Below, in pieces: positions 62,472 to 64,000 of a stretch of 64,000 bases of DNA. The translations under genes were made by a program, and so were the position numbers. Position 1 is the stretch's first letter, and each line of letters opens with the position of its first letter. Source of the stretch: Felis catus (taxonomy: Eukaryota); contig NC_058368.1 of assembly GCF_018350175.1 (NCBI RefSeq), forward strand, positions 115,382,001 to 115,446,000, given 5' to 3'. The notes beneath the pieces are model-generated. The model saw nothing but the letters and a program-made list of their open reading frames with translations. It searched no databases and was not told the origin of the DNA.

Positions 62472-64000
62472 CTGAAAGATAAAAGAGGTAACAGTTCATC
62501 AAGAGAGTTAACCTCCTTTGTTTCATTTCAATATTTCTGGAGTCAAAGCCCCTTTTACTTTATTTCATGCTTTTTCTTTTAATTAAATTTAGGAAACGCT
62601 TACTCATTTATTCAAGAAACCTGAATCCAGCAGCTATCCTACACCAGGTGCTAAGGATTAAAGGACACCTGTGGTCCCAGAGTCCTACAGTATCCGTGCT
62701 CAATTATAAAAGCGCCGGACTTAGTTCTTATCAATAGAACATTTGGCACCAGACTTAGGAAACATGCACGTGTGCAGTAAGAGGAGACTCCGTTTCGTGG
62801 CCTTCCTACGAATGGCATTCAGATGGCAGTCGGGAGAGAATGGAGGCCAATCGCCCGTTCCTGTCATCTGAAACAAAGACAGCTGCTCCATTCTGTCCCC
62901 TGCGTTGCTGGATCATAACTCATACATGCTAACTGACACAGAGCCTCCCTCCAGTGGGTATGCCTTCTATAGAAGGCCAAGTTGCTGGCGGCTTTCTTCA
63001 TTCCCTCACCACATGTGGGGTCTCTAACTCAAAGGCCAAAGGCAGCTGGGCTCTTTTAAAAGTGAAATCATCTGGATCCAGTGACCTTTGGCTCCTTGAC
63101 TAAATGAATTTCATTTTCTCTTCATGGTGGAGAAGGTCATTCTATTTTTAACCAGAATATAATCTCCGCTGTCTTTCCCGACTCAACGGTGGTTTGGCTG
63201 CCTCTATTTTTCATTCCTTTGTCAAGTTTCAGAGACGTTCTTAGGAAGGAAAGCCTGAAAAGCACCCCCAGAGACGTGTTGTGTATTAACAGGATGGAAC
63301 GCTTGGATGGGCCGTGTGGCTCCTGAAAGCCTCCGACAGCAGGCAGCTACTCCGTGTTTAAAGGACCATACTTGTGAAAATGCTATTTTAACCATTTTGA
63401 AATATGTCTATCCATTCTGAATCATCCTGCCAACAGATTTTGTTTTTCTTGGTGGAACGAGAGGCACCTGTCTCTGATTAATCAGCAAACTGACTAGAAA
63501 TAGGAATTAATACTTAGCCAGGGGGAACAATGGGCATTGGTTTCTGAATAAGTTTCTATCAACACAAAACACTGTCTGGCATTTCTGCTCACAATGATTC
63601 TATTTACACCAAGTAAGGCCCAAAGTGCAGATTAAGTGCAGGACTCCAGGGTGAGGGGTGGCCACGCATGAAAACCCTCCCTCTACAATGGAGGCTCAGA
63701 GCCTGGGCCCTAGCCCAGCAGTTGCTTGGCAAGCAGTGTGCCTCCTGGGCCCAAGAACAATGCGCTCTCACCCCTTGGCGAGGGTGCCCGCACTGCCTGC
63801 TAGTAGGAGCTTGCCTTGGCACAGTCATGCTCGCAGGCTCTCTGGAGAACGTATGCCACACCCAAATGAGAGCCCTCCGCTCCTGAGGCCAGCCCACTGC
63901 ACTAACTCCATTTCTCTGGCTTCTCTGGCATGTGGGAAACCTGTTCAGGAGGACTCTGTAAAACGAGTCTATGCCTTTGGTCCTCTGGAGTCACAGCTAT

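Overview
Mammalian genomic DNA from a feliform carnivore, judged by abundant tRNA-derived SINEC_Fc-type SINEs and felid-type L1 3' ends. The gene order matches human 5q31.2: PAIP2 (+), then five head-to-tail minus-strand genes, SLC23A1 (SVCT1), MZB1, PROB1, SPATA24 and the last exon/3'UTR of DNAJC18. I reconstructed complete GT-AG exon chains by hand for SLC23A1 (14 coding exons, 604 aa), MZB1 (4 exons, 189 aa) and SPATA24 (6 exons, 205 aa); PROB1 is a single 1021-aa ORF. PAIP2 is only partly visible because all five N-gaps in the window fall on its exons. The most unusual element is an intact 113-codon BEX5-like ORF, from a normally X-linked family. It lies in sense orientation in PAIP2 intron 1, with a candidate splice acceptor upstream and an AATAAA downstream, so it could be expressed from the PAIP2 promoter. 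Other notable items are the SLC23A1 terminal exon nested antisense in PAIP2 intron 3, a duplicated PAM2-coding fragment downstream of PAIP2, a GC-box/TATA antisense promoter-like element inside SLC23A1, a Charlie8-like transposase remnant in SPATA24, and a 43-bp dispersed repeat in the DNAJC18 3'UTR. Gene identities rest on my recall of orthologous proteins; no searches were run.
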